Of a stretch of DNA of 64,000 nt, positions 27,069 through 37,658 are shown one piece after another (within the stretch, counting starts at the first letter, position 1; every line of letters starts with the position of its first letter). The notes below the pieces were generated by a model that had not been told where the DNA came from, made no database searches, and worked only from the letters and a program-made list of their open reading frames with translations. The DNA is from a virus. Its lineage: Duplodnaviria > Caudoviricetes. The stretch spans positions 33,418-97,417 of the IMG/VR virus record IMGVR_UViG_3300029288_000113. The stretch is one strand, 5' to 3'. The translations under genes were made by a program, and so were the position numbers.

Positions 27069-27509
27069 ATGCCAAGTGATGCTGTAGCTGGTGTTGGGAC
27101 TCAATTCCGACGCTACAATACCGGCGCAGGTGCATGGGAAGGCGTGGCCGAAATCCTGTCCTATGATGGCCCCAACAAAAAGCGGGACACCATTGATGTG
27201 ACCAACATGGACTCCCCGGGTGGATACCGGGAATTCATTGGGGGTTTCAGGGACGGTGGCGAGGTCAAGATTCCCATGAATTTCACCAGGGATGGCTATG
27301 ATCTCATGAATGATGATTTTGAATCCGAGACCAAGCAAACTTATGAGATAGCTCTCCCAGATGCCGACAACACCACATTCTCTTTCCTGGGCCTGGTGAC
27401 TGGCCTGGATCTCAAGGTGCCGACCGACAAGCAGATCACTGCCGATGTGACCATCAAGGTCAGCGGTACGATCACCACCAATTCCGGTTCCGGCCCTGCC
27501 CCTGTGTAA
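27069..27509 (+). CDS. Major tail tube protein
   Basis: GP...RDTIDVTNMDS.GGYREFI.G..DGG and ITADVTIKVSG; AAGGAGG RBS. Confidence 0.85.
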   Translation: MPSDAVAGVGTQFRRYNTGAGAWEGVAEILSYDGPNKKRDTIDVTNMDSPGGYREFIGGFRDGGEVKIPMNFTRDGYDLMNDDFESETKQTYEIALPDADNTTFSFLGLVTGLDLKVPTDKQITADVTIKVSGTITTNSGSGPAPV

Positions 27510-27559
27510 ACCCGAAGCCCTAATCATGGGCTGAACCATATCTTTGGAGGTGCCTGATC

Positions 27560-27940
27560 ATGGCAATATTGACAAGAGAGCAACTGCTGGCCCCCAAGAA
27601 GTTTAAGATCGAGGAGTTGCAACTGAGCACTGGCAAGGTATATGTCCGTCAAATGAGCGGGTTAGACAAGGGCCAGTTTGACCTTACGCTTGGGCGCTGG
27701 GAGGATTATATCGAGGACGGTGAACCCAAGGAGCGGTGGGTGCGCACCATGGACAATTTCAGGGGCAAAATTGCCGTCCATACCCTCTGTGACAAGGATG
27801 GCACTCTCCTACTCAAACCTGAAGATGCGGAAGAGTTTGCCAGGAACACCACCCCCCAAGACCTGATGCTGATCGCTGACCTGGCCCAGAAACTGAATAA
27901 TGTTTCCCAGGTGGACAGGGCAAAGATAAGAAAAAACTGA
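27560..27940 (+). CDS. Tail assembly chaperone (gpG-like)
   Basis: Between tail tube and tape measure; ends in slippery A AAA AAC. Confidence 0.8.
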   Translation: MAILTREQLLAPKKFKIEELQLSTGKVYVRQMSGLDKGQFDLTLGRWEDYIEDGEPKERWVRTMDNFRGKIAVHTLCDKDGTLLLKPEDAEEFARNTTPQDLMLIADLAQKLNNVSQVDRAKIRKN

Positions 27941-28326
27941 GAAGGCGGCCTGGTCGCCGCCTTCTATTCCGTCTATGCCTGGCTGGTTTGGCTCCCCATC
28001 CGGACTTCCTGGAACTGATTCTCACTGGGAATCAGGTGGTCGAGTGGGAGGAATTTGACAGGCTGGAGCCACTGGGGGGCTACAAGGATGATTTCCGATT
28101 TGCCCAGCTGTGCAACCTCATATATGTGCTTGCCCATGCAATTGGCGGCACCAAGGTTGAATCCAAGGTGCAGGATTTCATGCCCTGGTGGTTCATGCAG
28201 TACATCAAGGATGCTAACCTGCCCAAGAGGCAGTCGGTGGATGAGATGAAGGCAAACCTGATGGCCTGGGCCAAGAGGCATAACAGGATGGTCGCAAGGC
28301 AATCCCGGAGAGAGGGGCAAAAATAA
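27931..28326 (+). CDS. Tail chaperone -1 frameshift extension (gpGT-like)
   Basis: AAAAAAC at 27931-27937; the -1 frame reads KLRRRPGRRLLFRLCLAG...EW..F..LEP.G...DFMP. Confidence 0.75.
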   Translation, partial: KKLRRRPGRRLLFRLCLAGLAPHPDFLELILTGNQVVEWEEFDRLEPLGGYKDDFRFAQLCNLIYVLAHAIGGTKVESKVQDFMPWWFMQYIKDANLPKRQSVDEMKANLMAWAKRHNRMVARQSRREGQK

Positions 28327-31300
28327 GTGGATCTCGGTGCCCTATTTGCCACATTTGGAGTTGACTCTAGCCAACTAAAGAGGCTCGAGGGCGAGCTGAA
28401 CAATGTTGATCGGCAGGCCGCATCCACATTTGGCAATATGGGAGGGTATGCATCATCGGCCATGTCACAGATTGCCGGCATTGTTGGTGTTACCCTGACT
28501 GTTGCCGGGGCGTTTTATGCAGTGGAAAGGGCGGTCAGGTTCTCCATCCAGGCCCAGGAGGAGTTCCGAATCAAGACAATTGAGATTGGTTCGGGTCTGA
28601 CCAACCTGGCCAAGGAGGGACAGGGTTCATATGAGAAGATGTTTCGGCAGAATTTCCAGTATGCCCAGAAAATGTATGAGGAAATCAGAAAGGAGGATGC
28701 CAAACGGTTTGCCTCTGCTGATGACTTGATGACGGCATACAATGCCCTTGTCCAGAAGGGATACGGAGTCCGTCTTGATGAGGTTGATGCCTTGGGTGTG
28801 CTGACCGACAAGATCAAGCTGGCAACTGCAGGTCAGAACACACAGCTTCAGATCAACCAGGAGATCAGGGGCCTGCTGGATGGCCAGGTCAGGGCCGGCT
28901 CACTGTTGGGCATGGAGTTGCAATCAAGGCTGGGACCGCAATGGAAGGACCTGGTGGCCCAGCACCGCAATGCAGGCACCCTGCTACAGTGGCTGGCCTC
29001 CATGTGGCCTGGCATCGCAGCTGCCTGTGCTGAGGTTGAGAAGACTCTGGAGGCCCAGTCCACCACATTGACCGGCAATCTGAAGTCGATAGGCAGGCAG
29101 GGAATGGAAGGGGCATACATAGCAATTGTCAATATCCTGAGGGATATCAATGATTATTTGAGGGAAAATGAGGCCATAATAGTTGATAAGATCGTGTCCG
29201 CCTGGACCACTGTCGAGTTCTATACCAGGAAGGTATTAGATAATATTGAGTCCATGAACAAGGCCACGTCGGTATCCGTGCCAACCAACCCGCAGGAAAG
29301 GACAACCGGTCAGCAGGCATTCATGGCCTGGAGGGAGGCATTCGACCCCATTAATTGGATGAATTCCCTACTGACCACAGGTAAATTTCTTTGGAATGGG
29401 ATCATTGATTCCATTGGGAATGCATGGGATTCGGCACAAAGGCTGTCATCTGTGGTTAAGGACTTAATGGATTATATCTCTGAAACTTCCGTCTTTAAAA
29501 ATTGGTATGATAGTGCCGTTGAACTGAAGGCGGAAATAGAGGACATCAAATCCAAGGTTTCCTGGTTGGTCGGCATTTTCTCCAGTTCCATGGATTGGGT
29601 GGTAAATGTTAGGTTCGGGGGCCTGCCAGCCTGGCTTGGATCCTGGTTCAGTGGTCCACAGGCAGGTCCTCCCGCCGTGCCAGTCCCACGTATCACTGTT
29701 CCGGACAAGAGTCTGGAGACCGCGATCAAGCAAGCCCAAGACAAGGCAAGGGGGCTCGTCACAATAGGTCTTCCGACCCAAGGTGTTGTGACGGTGCCAT
29801 ATTCAATGGTCCCGGAAAAATGGGGCGGCCCAGCTGTTGGTCAGACAGTGCCCAAGCCACCACCGGCAGGAAAGGAAAAGGGTGGCAAGGGGGCCGAGGC
29901 CGAGGCCAACCGCCTCATGTCCCTATACGACACCCTGACCAAGGATATCGCCAGGCTGTCCGAGGGCCGCCTGTCGGAAGTTGATGCCAACCTCGAGAAG
30001 ACCATCGATCAGATATACAAGAAGACTGAGCAAAGGGCCGTATCTGAGGCCGAGGTCGAGGTACTGGCCCGTAAGCGTGCGGCACTGCAGAAAGCCAAGA
30101 TCGAGGAGGATTTCTGGTCCAGGATGGCCCGGGAGTCAGGGGATGCCTATGCCGCCATAAGGGTGGAGGCCGACAATTGGCTCAAGGACACGCAGGGCAT
30201 CCAGGGTGCAGCGGCTGCCATTGAGGAATGGAGGATCAGGAAGACCAAGGCCGAGGACATCAACAGGCTGACCGAGTCCCTCGGCATGCAGAAACAGTTC
30301 TATGACCAGATGGCCCAGCTCTCCCCGGAACTGCAGGCACAAAACCGCTACAAGCAGCTCAGCCTGGACCTGGAGAACAAGATGGCCCTGCTGGCCATAG
30401 ACAAGCTGCTGGCCGAGAAGAGATATCTTGAGCCCCTCCGTGAGCAACTGTATGCCCAACAGGAGATGGTCAATGGGGCCAAGCAGTTCAACCTTGAGAT
30501 GGAGAAGAACAAGGGCCTGTCCGGATGGGCATTCAGGCGCGCCCAGGAGGTGCAGAGCAAGGACACCATCAGTGACCTGGTCTCAGGTCTGGAGTCTAGT
30601 ATTGCCAATGCCTGGACCACCGGTTTTGATGCCTTCCTGGCCCAGGATCAGCAGGGCATGCAGAAGGCTGCAGCCAACCTGGTCAAGTCATTCATGTCCG
30701 AGATTGTCAAGCGGAACATCACCATGCTGTTTGACCAGGTTGCACTCAAGATGAAGCCGGAACAGGCCATGACCTCCGGGGCCCAGCAGGCAGGCCAGGT
30801 GCTCACACAGGCAGGCAACACTTGTGGACAGAACATACTTTCATATGCCCAGATGGCGGCCCAGGCCCTGTCCGGACTCCGTCCAGGAGGCAGCCCGGTT
30901 GGTGGCCAGGGTGGTGGTGGGATACCACTTGGTGGCATGCCGGGGGGTGGCGGGATATCCCTGGGTGGAATGCCGGGCATTGGTGAGAAACCTGGCGGTC
31001 TCGGTGGTGCCGGTGGTGGTGGCCTGGCTGCGCCATCTGGCCTGGGTGGATATGACTCCATCATGTCCGAGTTTGCCCCTGCCACCGACAAGTTCCTCCT
31101 GGGTGCGACCAAGTTTGAGCCCGGATCCATCCAATTTGCTGCCACCCCAAATGCACTCAACCAGGCAGCGATGTCTGCTGAGCAGGCTGCCTTCATGGGT
31201 CAGATGAGCAATGCCCAACTTGGTATGGGTGCCATAGGCCTTGGTCTTGGGGCTGTTGGTCTCCTGACTGGCTCAAAGGAACTCGTCGCCGCCAGCATGG

Positions 31301-31698
31301 TGCTGCAGCTTGCTGCCGTGGCCCTTCAGATTGCAGCGCTGATCATGAAGGTCTCTGGGTTCATACCTGGCGCCGCCCAAGGGGCCATAGTGTCGGGCCA
31401 CATGGTGCCAGTCCATAGTTTTGCGGATGGTGCCCCAAGGATAAGTGCCCCCACTCTGGCCTGGGTTGGTGAGGGTGCCAATGAGGAGGCTGTGATTCCC
31501 CTCCAACGGGGTGCCGTACCAGTCAGGCTGTCTGGAAAACAGTCGGCCCCCGGCCTGGTGTATGCCCCGACACTTAACATTGGGGATGGGGTTTCCAGGG
31601 ATGACAAGGAATGGTTCAAGAGAGAATTGCGGCGCCACAAGGAGGAAATTTATACGGCCATCAAGACCGGCAACCGTAATTTTGTGAGGATGAAGTGA
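28327..31698 (+). CDS. Tape measure protein
   Basis: 1123 aa, helical; MDLGALFATFGVD start; C-terminal FADG..I..PTLA.VGE...EAVIPL. Confidence 0.85.
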   Translation: MDLGALFATFGVDSSQLKRLEGELNNVDRQAASTFGNMGGYASSAMSQIAGIVGVTLTVAGAFYAVERAVRFSIQAQEEFRIKTIEIGSGLTNLAKEGQGSYEKMFRQNFQYAQKMYEEIRKEDAKRFASADDLMTAYNALVQKGYGVRLDEVDALGVLTDKIKLATAGQNTQLQINQEIRGLLDGQVRAGSLLGMELQSRLGPQWKDLVAQHRNAGTLLQWLASMWPGIAAACAEVEKTLEAQSTTLTGNLKSIGRQGMEGAYIAIVNILRDINDYLRENEAIIVDKIVSAWTTVEFYTRKVLDNIESMNKATSVSVPTNPQERTTGQQAFMAWREAFDPINWMNSLLTTGKFLWNGIIDSIGNAWDSAQRLSSVVKDLMDYISETSVFKNWYDSAVELKAEIEDIKSKVSWLVGIFSSSMDWVVNVRFGGLPAWLGSWFSGPQAGPPAVPVPRITVPDKSLETAIKQAQDKARGLVTIGLPTQGVVTVPYSMVPEKWGGPAVGQTVPKPPPAGKEKGGKGAEAEANRLMSLYDTLTKDIARLSEGRLSEVDANLEKTIDQIYKKTEQRAVSEAEVEVLARKRAALQKAKIEEDFWSRMARESGDAYAAIRVEADNWLKDTQGIQGAAAAIEEWRIRKTKAEDINRLTESLGMQKQFYDQMAQLSPELQAQNRYKQLSLDLENKMALLAIDKLLAEKRYLEPLREQLYAQQEMVNGAKQFNLEMEKNKGLSGWAFRRAQEVQSKDTISDLVSGLESSIANAWTTGFDAFLAQDQQGMQKAAANLVKSFMSEIVKRNITMLFDQVALKMKPEQAMTSGAQQAGQVLTQAGNTCGQNILSYAQMAAQALSGLRPGGSPVGGQGGGGIPLGGMPGGGGISLGGMPGIGEKPGGLGGAGGGGLAAPSGLGGYDSIMSEFAPATDKFLLGATKFEPGSIQFAATPNALNQAAMSAEQAAFMGQMSNAQLGMGAIGLGLGAVGLLTGSKELVAASMVLQLAAVALQIAALIMKVSGFIPGAAQGAIVSGHMVPVHSFADGAPRISAPTLAWVGEGANEEAVIPLQRGAVPVRLSGKQSAPGLVYAPTLNIGDGVSRDDKEWFKRELRRHKEEIYTAIKTGNRNFVRMK

Positions 31699-32429
31699 TG
31701 GACAACCTGATCTTCCCAACCGAACCAAAGATCCAATATCCCTATGACAAATCCCCCATATTTAACACGATCATAAAGCGGGCGGCCAGCAGGAAGGAGT
31801 ATCGGGGAACGTATTGGCCCACTGACCCCATGTGGGAGTTCACCATCCCATTGAACGGCATGTCAGAGGATGACATGAGGGTCATAGGCGGGTTCCTTGC
31901 CATGACCAGGGGTGCTCTCCATAGCTTCTATTTCCGTGACGTGGCTCCCGAGGTCGAGGGCATGCAGTCCGTCCAGGGCATATACAATACCGTATACTCC
32001 ATCTCCCATGAGATGGCCAATATTGGCACCGGCGTCATGGCCCAATGGCAGTTGTTCCGCAATTGGAATTGGTGGTATCTGGAGTACCCGAAATTTCCAC
32101 CGTTCACATATACTGGATACGGGGTTGATGGCCTTGGTGTGCCGCTCGATGAGAGTGGGTTGGCCGACAGCATCAGTGGCTATGGGGTCCCGATCTGGGA
32201 GACACCCTATATCTACATTGATGACGTTCTCCAGGATTCCGGATATAGCATAAGCCAAACCGGCCTTGTGACATTCGACACACCCCCGGCCCTGAACTCT
32301 GTCCTCCGGGCTGATTTTGGGTTTTACTACAAATGCCGGTTCAAGGAGGATTATGCCAAACTCAGGAGGATAGCCCCAGATGCCTGGGCATTGGCCGACG
32401 CCCTGGTGCTGCAGACGGTGAATGAATGA
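31695..32429 (+). CDS. Distal tail protein (DUF2460-like)
   Basis: SPIFNT...ASRKEYR, RGA..SF.F.D, TG.VTF.TPP and F.FYY.CRF. Confidence 0.75.
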   Translation: MMDNLIFPTEPKIQYPYDKSPIFNTIIKRAASRKEYRGTYWPTDPMWEFTIPLNGMSEDDMRVIGGFLAMTRGALHSFYFRDVAPEVEGMQSVQGIYNTVYSISHEMANIGTGVMAQWQLFRNWNWWYLEYPKFPPFTYTGYGVDGLGVPLDESGLADSISGYGVPIWETPYIYIDDVLQDSGYSISQTGLVTFDTPPALNSVLRADFGFYYKCRFKEDYAKLRRIAPDAWALADALVLQTVNE

Positions 32430-33328
32430 TCAGTGTCAATGCCGCACACGCCGCCCTGCTCGCCTCATTGAGGCCCCTCGTGATGGTGGAGCTGCTAACC
32501 ATCACATTGGCCGACGGGACGGTGCATAGATATTGCAATTCCCCGGTGAGCCTGTCATATGGTGGGCAGACATACGTCCCGTTGTCGTTTGAGCGGGGGG
32601 ATATAACCACATGCATCGGGCTTGAGGTCGACAATGTTGAGTTGATCGTCTATCCCAGGGTGTACCCGATATCATGTGATGACCCGTCCACTCAGGATGA
32701 GATAGGGGGCGCATCCTGGGTGCATGCGGCCAGGACCGGTCTCTTGTACGAATCCGAGGTCCTATTACAAAGGGGGGACATTGACCCAGAGGCAGGCCCG
32801 GACATCGTGGGGGCGCTATATCTCTTTTCTGGTCGCATAGCCGAGCCGTCATTTGACAACGGGCTCCATTTGGTGATAAAGTCCGACCTTGAGGTCCTTA
32901 ACCGGCAGGTGCCATCCCAATTGTATCAGCCCGGGTGCCCATTTGTCCTGTACGATGACAATTGTGGGCTTGACCCCGATGATTGGGTCGTATCCGGTGT
33001 GGTCACTGGGACCTCCAGTGCCAGGCAGGTGGTCTGCGACCTGACCGATGTGGCCGAGTGGTTCAGCCTGGGCAGGATGGAGTTCACATCCGGGGCAAAT
33101 GTGGGCATAAGGCGGACGGTCAGGACATATGAACCTGGCCTCGTACAATTGGCCGGGTCCCTGCTGGCCGCCCCGTCCATTGGTGATGTGTTCAACATCT
33201 GGCCTGGATGCGACAAGATCAAGGAGACCTGCGACACCAAGTTTTCCAACACTGTGGTGGTCGATGGTCAGTCCGTGCTGAGGTACGGCGGCCAGTGCTT
33301 CATACCCAAGCCAGAGGCGGCATACTGA
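32426..33328 (+). CDS. Tail hub protein (DUF2163/BR0599-like)
   Basis: C...LYD..CG, FTSGAN.G, GCDK...TC..KF.N and YGG..FIP.PE. Confidence 0.8.
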   Translation: MISVNAAHAALLASLRPLVMVELLTITLADGTVHRYCNSPVSLSYGGQTYVPLSFERGDITTCIGLEVDNVELIVYPRVYPISCDDPSTQDEIGGASWVHAARTGLLYESEVLLQRGDIDPEAGPDIVGALYLFSGRIAEPSFDNGLHLVIKSDLEVLNRQVPSQLYQPGCPFVLYDDNCGLDPDDWVVSGVVTGTSSARQVVCDLTDVAEWFSLGRMEFTSGANVGIRRTVRTYEPGLVQLAGSLLAAPSIGDVFNIWPGCDKIKETCDTKFSNTVVVDGQSVLRYGGQCFIPKPEAAY

Positions 33329-33804
33329 TGGACCACATGGATCAGCGCCGGATGGTCGTGGACGAGGCCCTGACCTGGCTGGGAACCCCACATCACCATC
33401 AAGGCAGGGTCAAAGGTGCCGTCGGATCTCCCAGGCCCGGTGGTGTCGATTGCCTCATGCTCATGGGGGAGGTCTTCCATAGGGCTGGCCTGATGGACCA
33501 GGTGCCCCTGATCGAATACCCGCCCGATGGACATCTCCATCATAGTGACGAATTGGTCATCGATTGGATATCAAGGTATGCGTTCCGGATCACCGAAGAA
33601 GAGGCACTGCCGGGAGATGTCGTCCTGTACAAGTATGGGCGGCGGTTCGCCCATGGTGCGATCATCATATTCCCGGGATGGCCAAGGATCATACACGCCG
33701 TGCTCAGGCGCACGGTTGAATTCGGCCGTGGTGACCAGGTTGTGAGCGCCGGCCATGAACCCAGGGCCAGGATGTTTTGGCGCTATGATGGGTGGGGTGG
33801 ATAG
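33328..33804 (+). CDS. Tail NlpC/P60 peptidase
   Basis: A.TWLGTP.HHQGR.KG...GVDC, PGDV.L...GR..AHGAI and IIHA. Confidence 0.85.
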   Translation: MDHMDQRRMVVDEALTWLGTPHHHQGRVKGAVGSPRPGGVDCLMLMGEVFHRAGLMDQVPLIEYPPDGHLHHSDELVIDWISRYAFRITEEEALPGDVVLYKYGRRFAHGAIIIFPGWPRIIHAVLRRTVEFGRGDQVVSAGHEPRARMFWRYDGWGG

Positions 33805-36513
33805 ATGGGAGGCCTGTTCGGTGGTGGGCAGACGGTCGAGAGCAGGAGCACATCGACAGTCGACAAGATGGCAGCTGGCCTGCGGTTCCAGACCAGTGCA
33901 TTTGGCCTGGCATGGACCCTCTTGTTTGGCCGCAACCGCATAGCAGGCAACCTGATCGATTACCAGGATTTCACTGCCATCCCACACACCGAGGTTCAGG
34001 AGACTGGTGGAGGCGGAGGTGGTGGAGGCGGTGTGGGAGGCAAGGGTGGTGGGGGCGGAAGCGGCGGGTCATCCTCCTCATCCCACACCAGCTTCACCTA
34101 TCAGGTGGCCCTGGCCATCGGCCTGGTCGCCGGCCCGGTGGCTGCCGATGCCCTGAAATCATTGTGGGTGGGCAAGGAAAAAAAGGCCACATCGACATTC
34201 ACATTGATGATCGGGGACATGCCCCAGGCCCCATGGTCATACATGGTGTCACATCATCCAGAGCGTGCCCTGGGCTACCATGGCCTGGTCTGTGCGGTCA
34301 CACCGGCATTTGACCTGGGAGACAGTGAGAGCCTGGCCAACATAAGCATGGAGCTGGTGGGCCTGCTGCCGTATGGTGTAAGCCAGGTTGGGGCCGTGCC
34401 GGACGAAATCTTTTCATACATCTGGTCCAATGCATTCTGCGGCCTTGGCCAGGACGTGGCCAAGCTGGACGACTTGTCAGATTGGCGGGACTTCTGTCTG
34501 GCCAATAACTGGATAATCTCGCCATTCCTCAGTGCTCAGGAACAGGCCAGGGATTTTCTCTCCAGGATGATCGAGATGACTAATTCCGATCCGGTATGGA
34601 GGGAGGGCCTCATACAGATAATCCCGAGGGGTGATTCACAGGTCATTGGCAATTCGGTCCTGTGGACTCCGGATCTTACCCCCAAGGCCAGCCTGGACAC
34701 CGACCATTTCCTGACCGAAAAAGACAGCTATCCGTTGAAATGGGTTGGGGTCACCCCCCAGGATGCATACAACCATGTTCAGGTCGAGTTCCTCAACAAG
34801 GATAATGAATACAATACCGAGACCGCAGAGTACAAGGATGAGGCAGACATAGAAGGTCATGGCTTGAAGACGGATCAAACCGTCTACAAGTACCATGAGA
34901 TAACAGACAAGGTGATGGCGCAGCAGGTGGCCCAGAACAAGGTCAACGAATACCTGTGGCAATCTGGTGAGTATGAATTCCAGCTGCCTTGGCATTTTGG
35001 AAGGTTGGACCCTGGGGATATTGTCAACCTCACGGATCTTGGATTGTCCATGAGTGACCAGCCTGTCAGGATCACCAGGAAGACCGTGGCGGTTGATGGT
35101 TGCATCACGTTTAAAGGCAAGCCCCTGGACCCTGGATCGGCCACACCTGGCACATATGATGTCCCCCAGGGCCAGGGGTACATCCCGGCACTTGACACCG
35201 ATCCTGGTGATGTCAACCCACCAATCATATTTGTGCCACCCTTGGCGTTGATCACCGGTGAGGTTGAGGTGTGGGCGGCCATCTCAGGAGGGGCCGGCTG
35301 GGGCGGCTGCAATGTCTACATTTCTGAGACCGGGGACAACTACAAGTACATTGGCAGGGTTGTGGGCCCGTCCCGTTATGGCGAGCTCACTGCGGACCTG
35401 CCGGCCGCCGCCTCGTCACCAGACACGGTCAACACCCTGAGTGTCGACCTCTCGGTGAGTGGCGGCACGCTGATATCAGGAACCCAACAGGATGCGGAAA
35501 ACCTCAATACCCTGTGCAAGGTTGGGGATGAATATCTTGCATACAAGACTGCCACCCTGACGGCGCAGTACAAGTACGACCTGACCTGGCTGGTCCGGGG
35601 TGCCTATGGCTCCGGCATGTCCCTGAGGGCCAATGGCTCCGTATTCGTCCGGCTCGACAGTGCATTGTTCAAGTATGCCTGCAAGCGCACCGACATTGGC
35701 AAGACGATTTACATCAAGTGCCAGAGCTTCAATGTGTATTTCAGGCAATTGCAGGATTTGGCCGATGTGACCGAATATTCATTCACCATCACCAATCCTG
35801 GTGACGAGGGCCTGGCCCCGATCCAGGGCGTTTCCATATCCAACGACTCGTCAAGCCCCAATTCCAAGTTGAACATCTCATGGAACTCATGCCCCATGTA
35901 TGACTCGTCCGGCAGCCTGTATGCAGCCGGATCCATGGGGTTCACTCTCAATTCTGCAGTCAATGGGGTTGATGGATTGGATGCCGGGTCCCTGGCCCCC
36001 AGCACGAGATATTACTATTGGGCCATCGCCAATGCCACATCCCAGGTGGCGGCCACCCTGTTGTCCCTCAGCCTGAACAACCCGACCATGCCATCGGGTT
36101 ACAGCCATAAGCGGCTGTTGGGCATGGTGGACACCGACGGGTCGGGTAATTTTGTCAGGTTCAACCAGATTGACCATGAATGGCTGTATGACAATGTGCA
36201 GCTGTTGTCCAGCGGGTCGACGTTGCAAAACTGGGTTGACCAGGATTGCTCGTCCTTGGTGCCTTCCATCAGCACCCGGGCGGCCTTCTCGATCCAGGTG
36301 GTTAACAACAACCTGTCTGCCTCAGTGGGGTTCGGCCTGCGCAGGAATGGGTCGACTGCCTCGCTTGGCCAGCTGCAGGGCACGGTGCTGGCCGCCTCCA
36401 ATGGCCGGGCGGATGGGTGGTGCGATACCGATGTGGGCCAGGTGGTGGAACTAAGGGTTGATGATGATGTCGACTGGGAGCTGTATCTGACTGGGTTCTA
36501 TCTGACCATTTAA
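33805..36513 (+). CDS. Tail tip/host-specificity protein (Phage-tail_3-like)
   Basis: QTSAFG....L.FG.NR.AGNLIDY, LDPGDIV, WGGC.VY.S and LVRG.YG. Confidence 0.8.
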   Translation: MGGLFGGGQTVESRSTSTVDKMAAGLRFQTSAFGLAWTLLFGRNRIAGNLIDYQDFTAIPHTEVQETGGGGGGGGGVGGKGGGGGSGGSSSSSHTSFTYQVALAIGLVAGPVAADALKSLWVGKEKKATSTFTLMIGDMPQAPWSYMVSHHPERALGYHGLVCAVTPAFDLGDSESLANISMELVGLLPYGVSQVGAVPDEIFSYIWSNAFCGLGQDVAKLDDLSDWRDFCLANNWIISPFLSAQEQARDFLSRMIEMTNSDPVWREGLIQIIPRGDSQVIGNSVLWTPDLTPKASLDTDHFLTEKDSYPLKWVGVTPQDAYNHVQVEFLNKDNEYNTETAEYKDEADIEGHGLKTDQTVYKYHEITDKVMAQQVAQNKVNEYLWQSGEYEFQLPWHFGRLDPGDIVNLTDLGLSMSDQPVRITRKTVAVDGCITFKGKPLDPGSATPGTYDVPQGQGYIPALDTDPGDVNPPIIFVPPLALITGEVEVWAAISGGAGWGGCNVYISETGDNYKYIGRVVGPSRYGELTADLPAAASSPDTVNTLSVDLSVSGGTLISGTQQDAENLNTLCKVGDEYLAYKTATLTAQYKYDLTWLVRGAYGSGMSLRANGSVFVRLDSALFKYACKRTDIGKTIYIKCQSFNVYFRQLQDLADVTEYSFTITNPGDEGLAPIQGVSISNDSSSPNSKLNISWNSCPMYDSSGSLYAAGSMGFTLNSAVNGVDGLDAGSLAPSTRYYYWAIANATSQVAATLLSLSLNNPTMPSGYSHKRLLGMVDTDGSGNFVRFNQIDHEWLYDNVQLLSSGSTLQNWVDQDCSSLVPSISTRAAFSIQVVNNNLSASVGFGLRRNGSTASLGQLQGTVLAASNGRADGWCDTDVGQVVELRVDDDVDWELYLTGFYLTI

Positions 36514-36517
36514 AGAT

Positions 36518-36736
36518 TCATAGCCTTATTTTAAATTCATTATAACAAGACCAGCAAGGCTCGGCATCTGCGCCCTCAATCTCATCTGATCCCACAGGAT
36601 CAAAATAGGTGCCATGGATCTTGCAGTGATACTGGCGATCGTTTATCTTCTCCCACCTTTCCTTGACTGCCTGGTCATATCCATCATGGTTGAAAGATGT
36701 GCCTATGAGCTCGTGTTTGTCCTTTAGTATACTCAT
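36518..36736 (-). CDS. Small Zn-binding hypothetical protein
   Basis: CKIHG...PCWSC; ATGA overlap; last gene of the - arm. Confidence 0.5.
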   Translation of the reverse strand: MSILKDKHELIGTSFNHDGYDQAVKERWEKINDRQYHCKIHGTYFDPVGSDEIEGADAEPCWSCYNEFKIRL

Positions 36737-37365
36737 TTTTTCTCCCACTTGACCTGGCTCACGCCCCGGACCTTGCTGACCTTGATCACCCGGTCTGCCC
36801 CGGCCAGCAGTTCTGGCCCCTCATCCTCTCCGGTGATGATGATGAATTGAAGGCCAAGGCGGACGGACAGCTCATGGATCAGTTCCGATGCCCTCTGCTG
36901 GTCATCACGGCCATGCAGGTTCCTGAATGGCTCATCGAGGATGATCACCGGCCTGGTCTCCCGCCCCAAGGACCAGAGCGCCACACGCAGAAGGAAGGCC
37001 ACCACATCCACCAGCCCGCCACCATCCTGATCCGATGGCTTGATGCGGTTGCCCTGGGCATCTGCAAGCATGAGGTCAACCTCGGTCTGTCCCCGTCGTT
37101 GTATGAAGTCAGCCTTGAACCGGTAGTCGGTGTCATTCGGGAATACGGCCTCGGTTCCTGCCGTGACCATGTCATCGAGATAGATGCCAACCTTGGCCTG
37201 CGTCTGCTGGGCTACATGGGTCAGGATCAGCCCACCCTCCTCAATATCCAGTGCCTCGGATCGCAGACTGGTCAGGGCGGATTCAGTGGAGGCAATGGAG
37301 TCCCGGATGGCCCGGAGGGCACCCCGATCCTGTTCCAGTCTTTGGCGAAGTTTGGTGAGGGTCAT
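36733..37365 (-). CDS. SbcC/Rad50-like ABC ATPase, C-terminal half
   Basis: DGGG signature, IILDEPF Walker B and QFIIIT. Confidence 0.8.
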   Translation of the reverse strand: MTLTKLRQRLEQDRGALRAIRDSIASTESALTSLRSEALDIEEGGLILTHVAQQTQAKVGIYLDDMVTAGTEAVFPNDTDYRFKADFIQRRGQTEVDLMLADAQGNRIKPSDQDGGGLVDVVAFLLRVALWSLGRETRPVIILDEPFRNLHGRDDQQRASELIHELSVRLGLQFIIITGEDEGPELLAGADRVIKVSKVRGVSQVKWEKK

Positions 37366-37658
37366 TTGACCGGCCACCCTCCTAATCCACACTTGCGGGC
37401 CGGACATGGTTGTTCTTCATTGCCCAGCCCGACCGTGCAACCGGCACAGGTCCAGGTAATTACTACCCCGTGTAGCTTTATTGATCCGTCCTTCCAATCA
37501 CCCTCTATTGCCACTGGATATAACAAATGGAATACATGTTCTGGGAAGGTAGCCCAGGCAGTGGATAATAGTACCCTTTCATATATTGGACAGGCATTAG
37601 GTACCACATAAGGTGCGGATAATGCCTCTGTCTTGATTCTTTGTTCTATATTACCCAT
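37362..37658 (-). CDS. Hypothetical protein (Cys motifs)
   Basis: ORF tiles the gap; CAGC and CPARKC. Confidence 0.45.
   Translation of the reverse strand: MGNIEQRIKTEALSAPYVVPNACPIYERVLLSTAWATFPEHVFHLLYPVAIEGDWKDGSIKLHGVVITWTCAGCTVGLGNEEQPCPARKCGLGGWPVK

Noticed and set aside
34005-34085. Gly/Ser run in the tail tip protein, and Gly-rich repeats in the tape measure (~30890-31050)
   Set aside because: Low-complexity coding linkers common in these proteins; not a CRISPR or VNTR system.
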